Source: Antedon mediterranea (lineage: Eukaryota > Animalia > Echinodermata). From it: DNA of 64,000 bases. Made by a program: the position numbers and the translations under genes. Below the pieces are notes generated by a model that saw only the letters and a list, made by a program, of their open reading frames with translations, was not told the origin of the DNA and searched no databases. Every line of letters begins with the position of its first letter. Position 1 is the stretch's first letter. Where the stretch lies: contig NC_092670.1 of assembly GCF_964355755.1 (NCBI RefSeq), positions 20,508,795 through 20,572,794 on the forward strand, read 5' to 3'. This document shows, in pieces, positions 1 to 11,878 of this stretch.

Positions 1-3000
1 TTTCCTGCTAATATGTTTCGAAAACGCCTTGTTTGCATTTTGAAATAGACAAAGAGGTTGTATAATGTATATGTACTGTACTTAAAATATATAACAATAA
101 CTTTATAGTAGACTTGTGATAGCTGTTTGATTCCGTGGAGACTGTGCACATTTTCACAATTCTCATCAAATTTCTTGAAGATTTTCTGTTTTATAGTGTG
201 AAATATTACTATTGAGATAGTATTGTAGATTGCTGCATTTTTATATTATATCATTTTTTTTATGTGCAATTTTAAAAAATATTCTGTTATGAATATAAAT
301 GACAATTGAATTTGTTAACGTCACTGACTTGAATTTCCAAACCACCTAGAATAAAAGAAACCTTGAATTACATATGGAAGTATTAATATCACCAAATATT
401 GTCAGGAATATTGTGGTTCTTGTCCCAATTTTCCAAAACTACAATACATTAAAATATATAATGTAGCTCTAATAACTGTTTTGAAAAGTAGACTTTTTTA
501 TAGGATGTAACAAGAGTTAACAAGATAGGATATTATTTTAGAAACTAAATTTAGAAACATTGTTTTTTCTTATGATTTTGTGGTTTTGGTGTATATAGGT
601 GAACATAAAAATATGTAAATAATAAATATTCAGCCAGTCAATAGAAAGTTACTTCTGTTTACTATGATTCAGCTTAGGTGTTGATGAAAGTGCATCCAAT
701 CAAAATCCTTTTTTTTTTGGTCAGGATTTTATGTTTCTGTGATAATTTTTATTTCTTGAAGATAAAGGTACTAAAATAAATTCTATTTAAAATAATATAG
801 TAATTGCAAGTCACAGATAATAAGTTATTACGTTGATATTATTTAGTCTATGTTACTTAGAAGTTTAGTTCTACATTCTATCTCTTTTAATTCTAAAAAA
901 TCCAGTGCTGGTATATCTTTATCTCAACCAGATGTATAAATAGCCATCTGTTCCTTTGGTCTCTTCATCCATATTTATAAATGGCCACCTGTATGTTTTA
1001 TTTCTCAACCCAGGTTTATAAACAGCCACCTGTATGTAAATCTTTACCCCAGGTGTGTACAAACCAAGAGTATAAATGTGCTTAATCATCTCCACATTCA
1101 GGTGTGTAAATGGGTATACAAGTATAGCATTTGCTAAGAGTAACCAGAGATGAACTGGTGTCCCATTCACAACCACTAGATAACCTTTAAGTAATGGATC
1201 AAATCCAACCTCAGGAAAAAACATTAAATCAGTATTAAAAATAAATGGTAATCTATTTTCCATAAGAACCTTGATATTTCAAACATCTTAATATTTCATG
1301 AAAGTTAAACCATACACTCAGTCTCGTACTTAAGAAATAAACTCTCCTCTTTTTGTATAGATAAAAATATTGTTTATAGGAAAGTTCTTAAATATGATGT
1401 TATTAATAAAAATATGATGATTTGTGATTTGTGAATTTTTCTGAGCAAACTCTTTAAGAAATAAAAAATACCAAACAACCAAGTATTCCGTGGAATAAAT
1501 TTATTAAGTTCAAAACACTAACAAGTAAAATGTTACATTAGAGAAAAGAAGTGATAGAATCGAATACTGTAAATAAAACTATGATTCAAGGTCAATTAAG
1601 TTCTAAATTATATATAAATATATTTGCAGAAATCTTCATAGTAATTGCCAATATTGTTTGTATAGTATACAGCATTCTGAAAGATGTATTCTACATATCA
1701 TCATTCAAAAAAAATTTTTTATACTGTACCACCTTATTATTTTATAATTAAAATATTCCCGAACTTTAATTTGGTCAGATTTCTTCTGTCTGAACAAAAA
1801 CAAACAACACATATCATTTTCTACAGCTCAATTAATATAGCGCCGTTTCTATATATTAATATTATATATTAATTAAGTTGTTATCCAGATGGATTTGAAC
1901 CATGGCAGCCCTTACTAGAAGGTAGGGTGCAGGATTCTGAACCATATACATGTAACACAGGAAGCTTTCAAATGTATGATGACTTAGAAACAACCAAACT
2001 GTTGCAAAATAGAGTGAGAAAGCACGTCCCAATGTGTGCATAATGTATTAACATGACTTGTTCACAGGTTTCTCCCTAAATCATCTATTATAATATGCAC
2101 TTTTTTAAAGGCTTGTAGTATTAAAAGGTTGGTCTGAATTTTAAATATTCATTTTAAGCACACTTCCAGAAGGCCTGACAGAACATGGATATCAATTATA
2201 AATGTTGTATTAAGTCGATAATTGATTTATAAATAAATTATTGAGAATGGAAGAAAAATATTCTTACTTACTGTTTAAAAAGGCAACAAGGGTATACAGT
2301 ATATGGGATACAGATAAATATTGAAGCGAACACCTTATTAGAAATAAAAGATGGAAAATTATAGCTTGAATATAAACTGTATATATGTACTGTAACTAAG
2401 ATATTTAACAATTAGGAGACATGTTATCATTAATATTAAAAACATAGTGATGTGCAATATATAAAATCAATGCAAATCATTCATATACTACAAACTATAA
2501 AAATACCAAAACTATTTATCCAGTTCGACTGTTTTTAAAAAATAATAGCCATTTTAATTCATAAACAAAATACACTACAAAAAATATCTATGCTATAATA
2601 GATAGCCAGCTCTCCAAAATCTAATTTTAAAAACCAGCCATTGTAGGCAAGCCAAGGATGTTCCAGATTTCAGAGAGTTGACTATAGCAAATATTATACA
2701 ACAGAAAAGAGTATGAGTTTCAAACTAAATGAGTGACACTTATGACCACTAGATACTACTACATATAAAAAGCAGGTATTATCAAATTAGCTTTAAAGCA
2801 ACAGTTGCTGAAGAAAGAAAATAGATGAAAACGCTATTGATCGTATTTTAAAGCAACAGTACTGCAGTAAATATACTGTAGATACTGCAACAATAGTTCA
2901 TATGGATGCATTTTTTATTGTATATTAAAATAATTCAAATACGAGCTCAACTTTAAGTATTGATATTTAATTTATAACTAGTCTTAAACAACAACTAAAT

Positions 3001-3256
3001 AGATAGGAAAAAGAAAAAAGTTATATTTGAAAGATAGTGATACCAAATTGAAAGTAAAGAATTTGATCAAGACACTAATTTACTGTAGGCTAGTTATTCA
3101 TTGGCTCTACCTTAATACACCACTATACAATTACACTGTATATACAGGTATTAATTTTTCCAATCATCTTTTTCCAATGCTACTGCTAAATACCATTCCA
3201 TAAGGAGTTTCCTATTGTATCTCATTATTGTATCAAACTTTCTTACTGTATTTCTC

Positions 3257-3387
3257 AAGCTCTGTCTACACTATCAAACTAGTTTGATGTGCCCAAATAT
3301 AGTAGTGATATGACATCATCATGTTCATATATGGGCACATCACATTTTTTTTGTCACATAGAATTTGATAGTGTAGACAGAGCTTTA
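3257..3387. mobile_element. Representative copy of an abundant ~100-200 bp MITE (TIR AGCTCTGTCTACACTATCAAAC); about 14 copies near 3257, 4194, 15257, 17462, 17745, 25149, 25941, 30095, 31070, 38841, 39363, 39790, 42429, 52081
   Basis: Repeated TIRs usually flanked by TAA/TTA (Harbinger/Tourist-like); variable copies of an internal 21-mer ATATCACTACCATATTTGGG(C/T). Confidence 0.88.
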
Positions 3388-3888
3388 GTGAAAGGCAAAG
3401 CAAAGGCATCATTCACACATATGACATGTTAGTCACATCTATAATTAAATTATACTGTATTACTAATTAGGATGTAATTAAATATTACATAATATCTATT
3501 TTTAGATATTTTAAAGCTTACAACCAAACAAGGAGGTAAAATTTACTTATTTTTTTGTGTGTTTGTTTTCTAGTATATTTTTTTTTATAATAAATTAGCT
3601 AAATTCTAAGCAAATTATTTTATCCTTTCAACATTTTTGTTAACACTTTAAAAATTAAACCTACAGTAACCCAACATATATATGTATAATATATCCTTTA
3701 AAATGTACATATTAATAAAGTGTATGTTTTAATAACAACATTTTGTTGTACTGTTGTGAAGCCTATGCATCTCTAAAGATGTTCGGTGTGAATCTTAAAT
3801 GCAAAACTAACTTAGGTTAATGCAAATAACTCTAATGTGAACCAGACTACATGTAAACTTTAGGGTTATATATCCTACGTTGTATTTA

Positions 3889-5376
3889 TCAATAGGAAGG
3901 TGCCTGGTAGGCAGATGGTGATACATCATCTTTGGTAGGGTTAAATGGTGCGTCTTGATAGGTATCCTGGGTCTGGGGTTCCGGAGCTCCCGGGTAAGAT
4001 GAATATGGGGTGCTAGAAGGAGGCAGGCCTGTTTCATGGCTTGGAGAGAATGCAGAATCTGAACCTTGCCTGTATCGCAGAAATGCCAAGACCGTCAAGC
4101 AACCCTAAAAAATATATAGTAGTTATAGTAGTTATTATATACAGTACAATGATTGACCTATGGAATATAAAATTGTTTAATTATTCAAACTAAAGCCCTG
4201 TCTACACAATAGCAAACTAGTTTGACAATAAAAGTGTGATCAATGTCATCATCATGTCCATAATCACATAACGTTTGATAGTGTAGACAGAGCCTTACCA
4301 ATAATCCAACATATCAGTTTAAAATTAACTTACCCAAGAGATAATGGAAAAGAAGCTAAATGCAATTGCAGCCTGGATAGAGCTGGTACCATAGCGAGGT
4401 TTAGTAACGGTCTTACGCCAAGAATTTGCTAACACACAGAAACAGATAAACCAGAACAATGTCCACAAGCCTGAAAATTAAAGTCATAGGTCACAGGTCA
4501 TCAAATGTAGTGTTTACATTTTTTTATCCACTTTCAATTTTTATTAAATTGTTAAAATAACTTAACCTTTGTCTCTGGAAACAAATTTCATATGTTTTAA
4601 ACATGTTAACATATGACAAAATAAAATGAATCTGAATGTTTATGAACTAATCCTGATTCATTTGATTATTATTTTTTTAGATTACTGTACCTGAAAAACA
4701 CAAGTCAGCAATAACAGCATATTTCCTATGTTGAACATTACTCAAGTTGTCAAAGACGGCATCAATAACCAGAAAAATTCCACATGCCAGCAACGCCATA
4801 ATACCGACAAACATTCCATACCCACAAGCCCCATGATTGCCGTTATAAACGCATTGTTCTGCTGTACTTGAATGATCTAGGTTTTGGTATCCTTCAGCAG
4901 ATATACAGCCAAATACAATAATTGAAAATACCTGTAATTTCAATTTAAGTTTTTTTAAAAATATTTTGTCATGTTTAATATTTTCTACATTTTAAACCTG
5001 TCTGATACAAACTATATAGAGTTAGCCTAATTTAAATTACAATCAAGTTATGCATTATAAAAACTAAGAAGTTCATAAAATTAACTAAGCTTAACCTAGC
5101 TAGGCCGACAAAGCTCCGGGCTGGAAAGAATTTCACAGCAGGGCGCATCAAAAACAGCAGAAAAGAGAGCTCGCTCAACACTGGTACTGGGCCTGGCTTT
5201 TTAAATTTGTCAGAAAACATAACTTAAGTGGGTTTGATGCGTTTAAATATTGTTATTGTACTTACCAAACTTATCAGCCTTAGAATAACTTGTGGTTTCT
5301 TAATATATTCGATTGGGTCAAATGGTTTACCGGCTTTTCGTGCTCCGTACGCTCCACCTTCCTGTTGTCCGTCCAT
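3889..5376 (-). CDS. SYNGR: Synaptogyrin (MARVEL-domain vesicle membrane protein), 4 coding exons: 5376-5266, 4931-4691, 4470-4334, 4104-3889
   Basis: Spliced translation MDGQQEGGAYGARKAGKPFDPIEYIKKPQVILRLISL|VFSIIVFGCISAEGY...CVYNGNHGACGYG...RKYAVIADLCFSG|LWTLFWFICFCVLANSW...AAIAFSFFSIISW|...YQAPSY* matches the synaptogyrin family; GT-AG junctions in phase. Confidence 0.95.
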
Positions 5377-5930
5377 TTTGTTTTAATTCCGTGGATATAA
5401 GAAGTAGAATTTAGAATAAACACGGCGGCCGTACATAATTTTTGTCTTGCGCTGATAAGTCGTCACGTATGATAAATTTCTATTGTTTGTCATAATAAAT
5501 AACGGAAATTACAGGAACATTTCTTAACAAGTTAATTAATTATTAAGTGAACATGATTAACTCTTCGAATGAAAATACCTAAAAGTGAAAATTTTTTATT
5601 CTTATTTATTTTGCTACTCCAAAGAATCAAACTTATCCTTTAATTTTATAAACAGCAATAGTAGGCCTACCTTACTTAGTAATAGTAGGCCTAGATAACG
5701 AGTTGTGTCATATCCAAAATATCTTCACATTTTTCATTAAAGATATATTTCCCCCTCTGAACAATTATTGATATGCTTTACAGCCCATTTTTTGTCACCT
5801 AATAGTTCTGATTGGATTGTTTGGAAAAAACCACTTGATAATTAAATGTAATGTAAAAAGGGATTCCATAATTATTTATTGCCTCCCTTTTTAGTCATCC
5901 ATGTTTTGAGGAGGGGCCGGGAACAATTAA

Positions 5931-6240
5931 AGTATATTTGTCCCTCTGAAAAAATTATTCTTTAAACATTTTTTGTTTAATGCCATTTTAATGTCACACA
6001 GTAGTTATCCACGACCGAAAATAGGATGTTTGCCTGAAAAGCTGTAATTTAAAAGCAAAAAAATCGTCAAATTGCTTTAAATTACAGTTTCAGGGGTTTT
6101 GGTTGAATTTGACAGGTTATTTTGTCATGTTATAAGTAAAAACACGTTTTTTTTATTCTACGGTAGTGATATTAAAAAAAACTTATATAAAGTCTGATTT
6201 AATTAATCTTCATTTTTCTTGTTTTGGGGGACAATACATA
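5931..6240. mobile_element. TTAA-flanked MITE (Kolobok-like); inverted copy at 18473-18818, partial copy near 5740-5870
   Basis: TTAA|AG...TGTCCC termini with an inverted GGGGGACAATA...|TTAA; internal sequence shared between copies. Confidence 0.6.
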
Positions 6241-6667
6241 TTAAAATTATTTATTCTTTAAAAATAATAAAATACTGATCCACTTATTCTATATATAAAC
6301 ATAGGTGTAATCTCAGGTACGCTGATCAATCGATTAATTTAATTATGACTTGAATTATTTATATTGGTTGGTTATCAGATAGATTAAGTTATCGGAGGCA
6401 TGAGTCAGCAATTAGTCAATAAAATCAGTCAGTTTGTCGGTTAATCGACCGTCACAAAAAATAAATGTTGCATAACATCACGTTCATTCTATTTCTGGCA
6501 ATCTATGACGTCACTTTATTAATTTTCAGCTAACTACTTGCTCGATCTGCTGGCCTCCAAATAGTCGCGAGCGGTTGTGCAACGTGTATTGTGTAGAGAA
6601 GTGCATATTTTTCCTTGTTTAAAATCAACTAAATTGTTTCAACCAATAGATTTATAGTTTATCCAAA

Positions 6668-9600
6668 ATGTCTAAAACTACTGATAGTATTTCATCGACA
6701 TGTGTTCTCTGTTGTCAAGATGCCAAGCTGTTTGCTGTAGGCCCCTGTGATCACCCAATATGTACCAAATGTTCGACGAGGATGCGAGTTTTGTGTGAGC
6801 AAAAGTACTGTTCTGTCTGTCGAAATGACATGGAGACGGTATGTTGAGGCCTAACATAAAGGCCTAGCTACAATGTAGTTTAATTTGAATAAAATGCGTC
6901 TTATTATTTGTTTTATAGTTTTTTGTGTGCTTATTATTATGTATTTTTTTTAGAATTTTAACTTATATGCTTGCTTGTCAATTGCCACCGATAAATAAAG
7001 AAAAATACTCCCCCCATTTTCCATTAACTCCCATCCCCAGCCCACTCTAGACTAGACTGCATAAACAATGGTGAATAAAGATGGTGCTGGGTAAAAATAT
7101 TGATAGCAAACAAACCAAAAAAAACCCTGATTTATCTGTCACTGATCTTGTTACACTACACTAACTGCCTTTCTTGGTATATAAAACCAAAATATACATA
7201 CTTTTTGTTACAGGTAATATTTATGAAGAAGGTTCACCCTTATGCGAGCATTATAAGTCATAAATTTCTCTACAATAAAAAAGCTGGAATTCGGTTCTCG
7301 GCTAGCTGGATGAAGGATCAGTTTGAAGACTACATCAGTCACAAGTGTTTGATATGTCAGAAGGACAACAAATTTAAAACAATAAAACTTCTAGAGGAGC
7401 ACATGAGAAGAAACCATGAGCTTCACTTTTGTAACCTTTGTCTGGAACATGTTAAGGTGAGATAAATCTGAAACTAAAAGTAATTTTTATTTTTTTATTT
7501 TCCATTTATATATTCAAGGTATATATATATTCATTCTATATATATTACACGACTTGCACTGATGAAGGGCTAGTGTTGCCCGAAAGCTCTGCTAACTTTT
7601 CTGGCTGTTTACTTTATCGTTTTGATTTAGCTTTTCGCTTTTATTTTGTATCTCCATTGAGATCCAGCCACTGATACCCACAGCATTGTCATTTTTTCAG
7701 TAATTTGCCTTTGGATTTATATATTCATTCAAAGAAATCATACAGCCAGCCAATAGCTGAAATGAGTACATATAGATATAAAAACTTTAAATAAATGTAC
7801 ATTATGATAAAGTAATCAAACATCTAGAAAAAACAGTACATCTAGAAAAAAACATTAAAAGCATAAAAAGGACAACTAGGAAAGTTTTGCATAATTAGCA
7901 TTCAACGTCTGATATAAAAGATTTAGTAAATGTTGTAGCTTCATCTCATTAACCAATCATTTAATTTTACAGGTATTTACATCAGAGCGCCCTCTGTACA
8001 ATCGTAAAGATCTTGCCACTCACAAGCGAAAAGGCGATGCAGACAATACGTCATACCGAGGTCACCCACTATGCGAATTTTGTGATGTACGTTTTTACGA
8101 TAACGATGAGTTGTTGAAGCACTTGCGACGTCAGCATTATTTTTGTCATTTTTGTGAAAATGACGGCATTAGTAATCAGTACTATGAGTAAGTTATTTTA
8201 TCAAATTGAAAAATAACTTGGCAACTACTTTCAATAGACTTAAAAATGTAACCATTTATTTTTGGTAATTACATATGTTGTTAATGATTTCATTTACAGT
8301 ATCTATGAAAACCTTAGACACCATTTTCGAGATCAACACTACCTTTGTGAAGAGGATGGTTGTATCAATGAGGAATTTACGGCGGCATTTCGGTCTGAAA
8401 TTGATTTGAAAGCCCATAAGGCATCCAGACATACGGGAAAGCGAAAAGAAGCAAGACAAGCACGTCAACTCGACTGGCATTTTAATTACACAAACCCCAG
8501 GGCTAACAGAGATAGTAAGTAATTTGTTTTATATATTCACAACAAACATGCTTTCTTCTTTTGGTGGTAGTGAAAATATTTTACAATGAAAGTTATGGTA
8601 CAGGACCATGATGCAACTCAACAACCAAATTACAGTACTTTTAATATATTATATTAAAATATAAAATAAGTCAAAATTAATTAACATTATGTCACATTTT
8701 ATTTTTTTATTTCAGGCGTAGTGACTGGAGCAGATTACCATGAAACACATGGATCTTATCGTGGAAGAGGCCGAGGATCTCGATATCATTCAAATAGGTA
8801 CGTACTATATTTGAATGTAAAAGCAGAAGAAGCCGAGGCAAATATGAAGTCATTTAACCAACCAATGCAAAAGGAGAACCAATGAGGAACTCCTAATTCC
8901 AAGGTTGAAACATCAAAACTTGATTATTTATTTTCTCTTTCAGGGAACAAAAAGATACAGAAAAGGCTATAGAAGAATCAATGCAGCCTGATACTGCTAA
9001 GGAGCAACGTCCCCCTAAAAGGCGTGACAAACCCAGGGTTGAAAAAACTGAAAGGGTTCCTCAAGTAGCTGCTAAACCTGAGGAAAAGAAAAAGAGACTT
9101 ATTAAAGAGGATGAATTTGAAAAGCGCCGAGCTGCAGCCGCTGCTGGAAAAACATATCAGAAAGACGGCATTAATCCCGCAAATGAACCCTCTGATTGGA
9201 GTACAGGCAATGAGCTTACTAGTTGTCAGTTCACAGAGAGTACGTGGACAAATAAAGTAGATGAATATCCAAAAGTATCAAAACCATTACCTAAAAGTGA
9301 AAAAGTAGAAAAACCATTATTGAAAGAGGTAACAGAAACTCCAAAGAACATTGAACCTAAACCAGTTAAAAAGAACGTTGACCCACCTTTAGCTGAATCT
9401 GATTTTCCATCTCTTGGAGGAAGAAAAGTGCTTTCGTCGACTTCTTCTGGTTGGAATAGAACAGTGCCAGATGCCAGAGAGTTCCCATCTCTTAGATCTG
9501 CTGCAAAAACAATTAAATCCTCACAAATAGGAAACACTTCAGTATCTGCAAAAACATCTAAGGAACCAGAGTTAAAAGTTGACTTCAGTAGAGCAATAGC

Positions 9601-11026
9601 TACAAATGCAATGTTACATGATAAAAAGAAAAAGGCACCATATAAAGCACCTTGGCAACCGCCTCCTTCAACTCGGTCTTACAAAGACTTTCCCACACTG
9701 AGCTCTATTGCCAACATTCTGAATCCTGAACCAAAGCAAGCCTGGGCAAAAACTTGTCAACCACAAGTTGTGGCTAAGAATGTAGTCAAGACTAAACCAT
9801 CAAACACTATAAATTCTCAAATGACTACTTTGGGAAAGACTGGCCAACAAAAACCAAGCAAACAGAAAGAGAAGTCTGCAGAAACTAAAAACCAACAAAT
9901 CCTCAATTCAAAATCTGAAAATGGAGGCAAATCAAATTCTCAGCAGCAAATTGAACAGAAAAATGGCAGCCATGAGAAGGTACAAGTACAAGAGAAACCA
10001 CCCAAAGGGGTGAATCCATTAACCTTAAATTCAAAACCTGAAAATGGAAGCAAATCAAACTCTCTGAAGCAGACTGGTCAGAGAAATGGCAGCCATGAGA
10101 AGATTCAACAAACACCACCTAAAGAGAAGAATCAACAAACCATCAATTCAAGTTATGAAAATGGAAACAAATCAAATTTTCAACAGACTAGCAACCAGGA
10201 GAAGTTGCAAGAGAAGCCAGCAGCAAAGACAAAATTGTCAAAACTTAAATTTTCTAATAGTTTGCCAAGTAAAGATCAACCCAAACCAGAGAAGATTGAG
10301 AGATCAAAAGAGATAAGTTCTTCTGTAGAAAGAAGATCCAAAGCCATAGATACTTCCAAAGAGCCAGATGGTAATACAAAAAGACTACCACCAGGTTTCC
10401 AGCAAGCACCTAATTCCACTTTTGAGAGACATCCTCCAGGATTTTCTCTTCCAGCATCAAACCCACCACCTGGGTTCACTACTGTTCCAGAAATTACACA
10501 AGGATTAACACCAGCTGCAGTGTTTATTGAACCAAATAATTTTAAAAAAAGGAATAAGGATCTCGTAGATCAAATTCAATCGCATTTGAACTATGACCCT
10601 GAAGGATTTAATGAATTCAAACAACTGTCTGGTAAATTTCGGCAAGGTTTTCTGTCTGCCGATATCTACTATAAAAGTTGTAATAGTCTTCTTGGCCAGG
10701 ATAATTTCCAAAGTGTATTTCCAGATTTGGTTGCCCTTCTACCAGACACAATTAAACAGCAGGAATTATTATTAGTGAATAATGATCATAAAATCTTAGC
10801 AAAAGAAAGAGGAGAGAAGGTGCTGGCAATAAAGAAGAAAAGGGTTGGGCCATCTGCTTGGAATAGCAACAACCAGACTACAAAGTGTAATGACTGCGGC
10901 CAAGTCCTCTTACAGAAGGATTTGATCGCTCATACGAATAGCTGCAGCGCAAACACAGACTTTCCCTCACTAAGTTCTGCTTCAGCACCTCGACATAGTT
11001 CAACTGCGTGGGGTCGTGTCAAATAG
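6668..11026 (+). CDS. ZNF598: E3 ubiquitin ligase ZNF598 (ribosome quality control, Hel2 orthologue), exons 6668-6838, 7214-7456, 7973-8187, 8300-8514, 8716-8797, 8944-11026
   Basis: N-terminal RING (CVLCC...GPCDHPICTKCSTRMRVLCEQKYCSVCR), C2H2-like fingers (HRGHPLC-like YRGHPLCEFC, HFRDQHYLCEE, FRSEIDLKAHK), FPSL/FPTL and PPGF motifs, C-terminal FKQLSGKFRQG...CNDCGQVL. Confidence 0.95.
7552..7722 (+). mobile_element. ~170 bp repeat carrying a minimal hammerhead-like motif (Penelope/retrozyme-like); other copies 20410-22252 (-) and 24540-24660 (-, degenerate)
   Basis: Near-identical reverse-complement copy at 20410-20565; flanked by TA-rich microsatellite; contains CTGATGA...GAAA. Confidence 0.7.
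7556..7592 (+). ncRNA. Minimal hammerhead ribozyme-like motif
   Basis: GCA-CTGATGA-A-GGGC(TAGTGTT)GCCC-GAA-AGCT-C-TGC: short stem I, catalytic core, stem II hairpin, palindromic stem III, predicted UC cleavage after 7589. Confidence 0.6.
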
Positions 11027-11878
11027 ATTGTTGGCCGATTGTTTCATTCATATTATTTTAAACAAAAGAAACCTCATGATAGAGAAAATTAGTCTTCATT
11101 ATTTAATCATTTTAATTTATATGTACTGTAGGCCTACTTATATTTTGTTGTTGATTGTTATTATTATTATTAAAATAATATATTTTCATACAGTAATGTT
11201 AATCATATAATTAGAGAAATTTGCAGCAATGCTTATTAAACATTGTATGATAGAAAGAGGTAGTTTTTAGTTACAGTTTATGAAAATGGGTTTTGTCATG
11301 TTGGAATTTCCCAAGCATACATTCTTCTGTGAATAAGCTTGACATTAAGGCAAAATATTCTGCTGTAAAGAATATGTTGTCGGGGTGACATCATCTAGGT
11401 TTGTTAAAGTCGGACTTCATCATTTTAAATTTGAAGAGAGGAAATGATTAGGGTTTTTGCAAATATTATCTATTGGCATGATATTTGATTTTCAAGATTT
11501 TACATTTATGTGTTGCTATATGTCCTTTACAGAACAAAAATAAATAAGTGATACAATATTAAATGCAATATTTTGTCTTCTGTCTATGTATAATGAGTTA
11601 TATCAGATCAATCCAAGTTATCTTCAAGATTTTATAAAGTTTCCACAGCATATTGTCCAAATGTCACTTAAAAAATTAAATTAAAAACAGGAACTTTCAG
11701 AAAACTATAAAAAACCTCTTCATGGATGACGTAGGGTCGGCATTACTGAACTACGGTAAATTCTTTTATGTCACTTCCGGATAATTGACCTTCTTGAAGA
11801 CACGCCCACTTTTCAAACATTGGGTAATGAACATTCTGTAAAATCCTGGCAATTTCTTGAAATTTTATTTTAAAAAAG

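Noticed and set aside
919-1263. 114-aa minus-strand ORF
   Set aside because: No recognisable domain; the plus strand is built partly of degenerate CCAGGTGTATAAAT-like repeats resembling a SINE core, so the ORF is probably incidental
9226-10775. Several antisense or alternate-frame ORFs
   Set aside because: Shadows of the large ZNF598 exon
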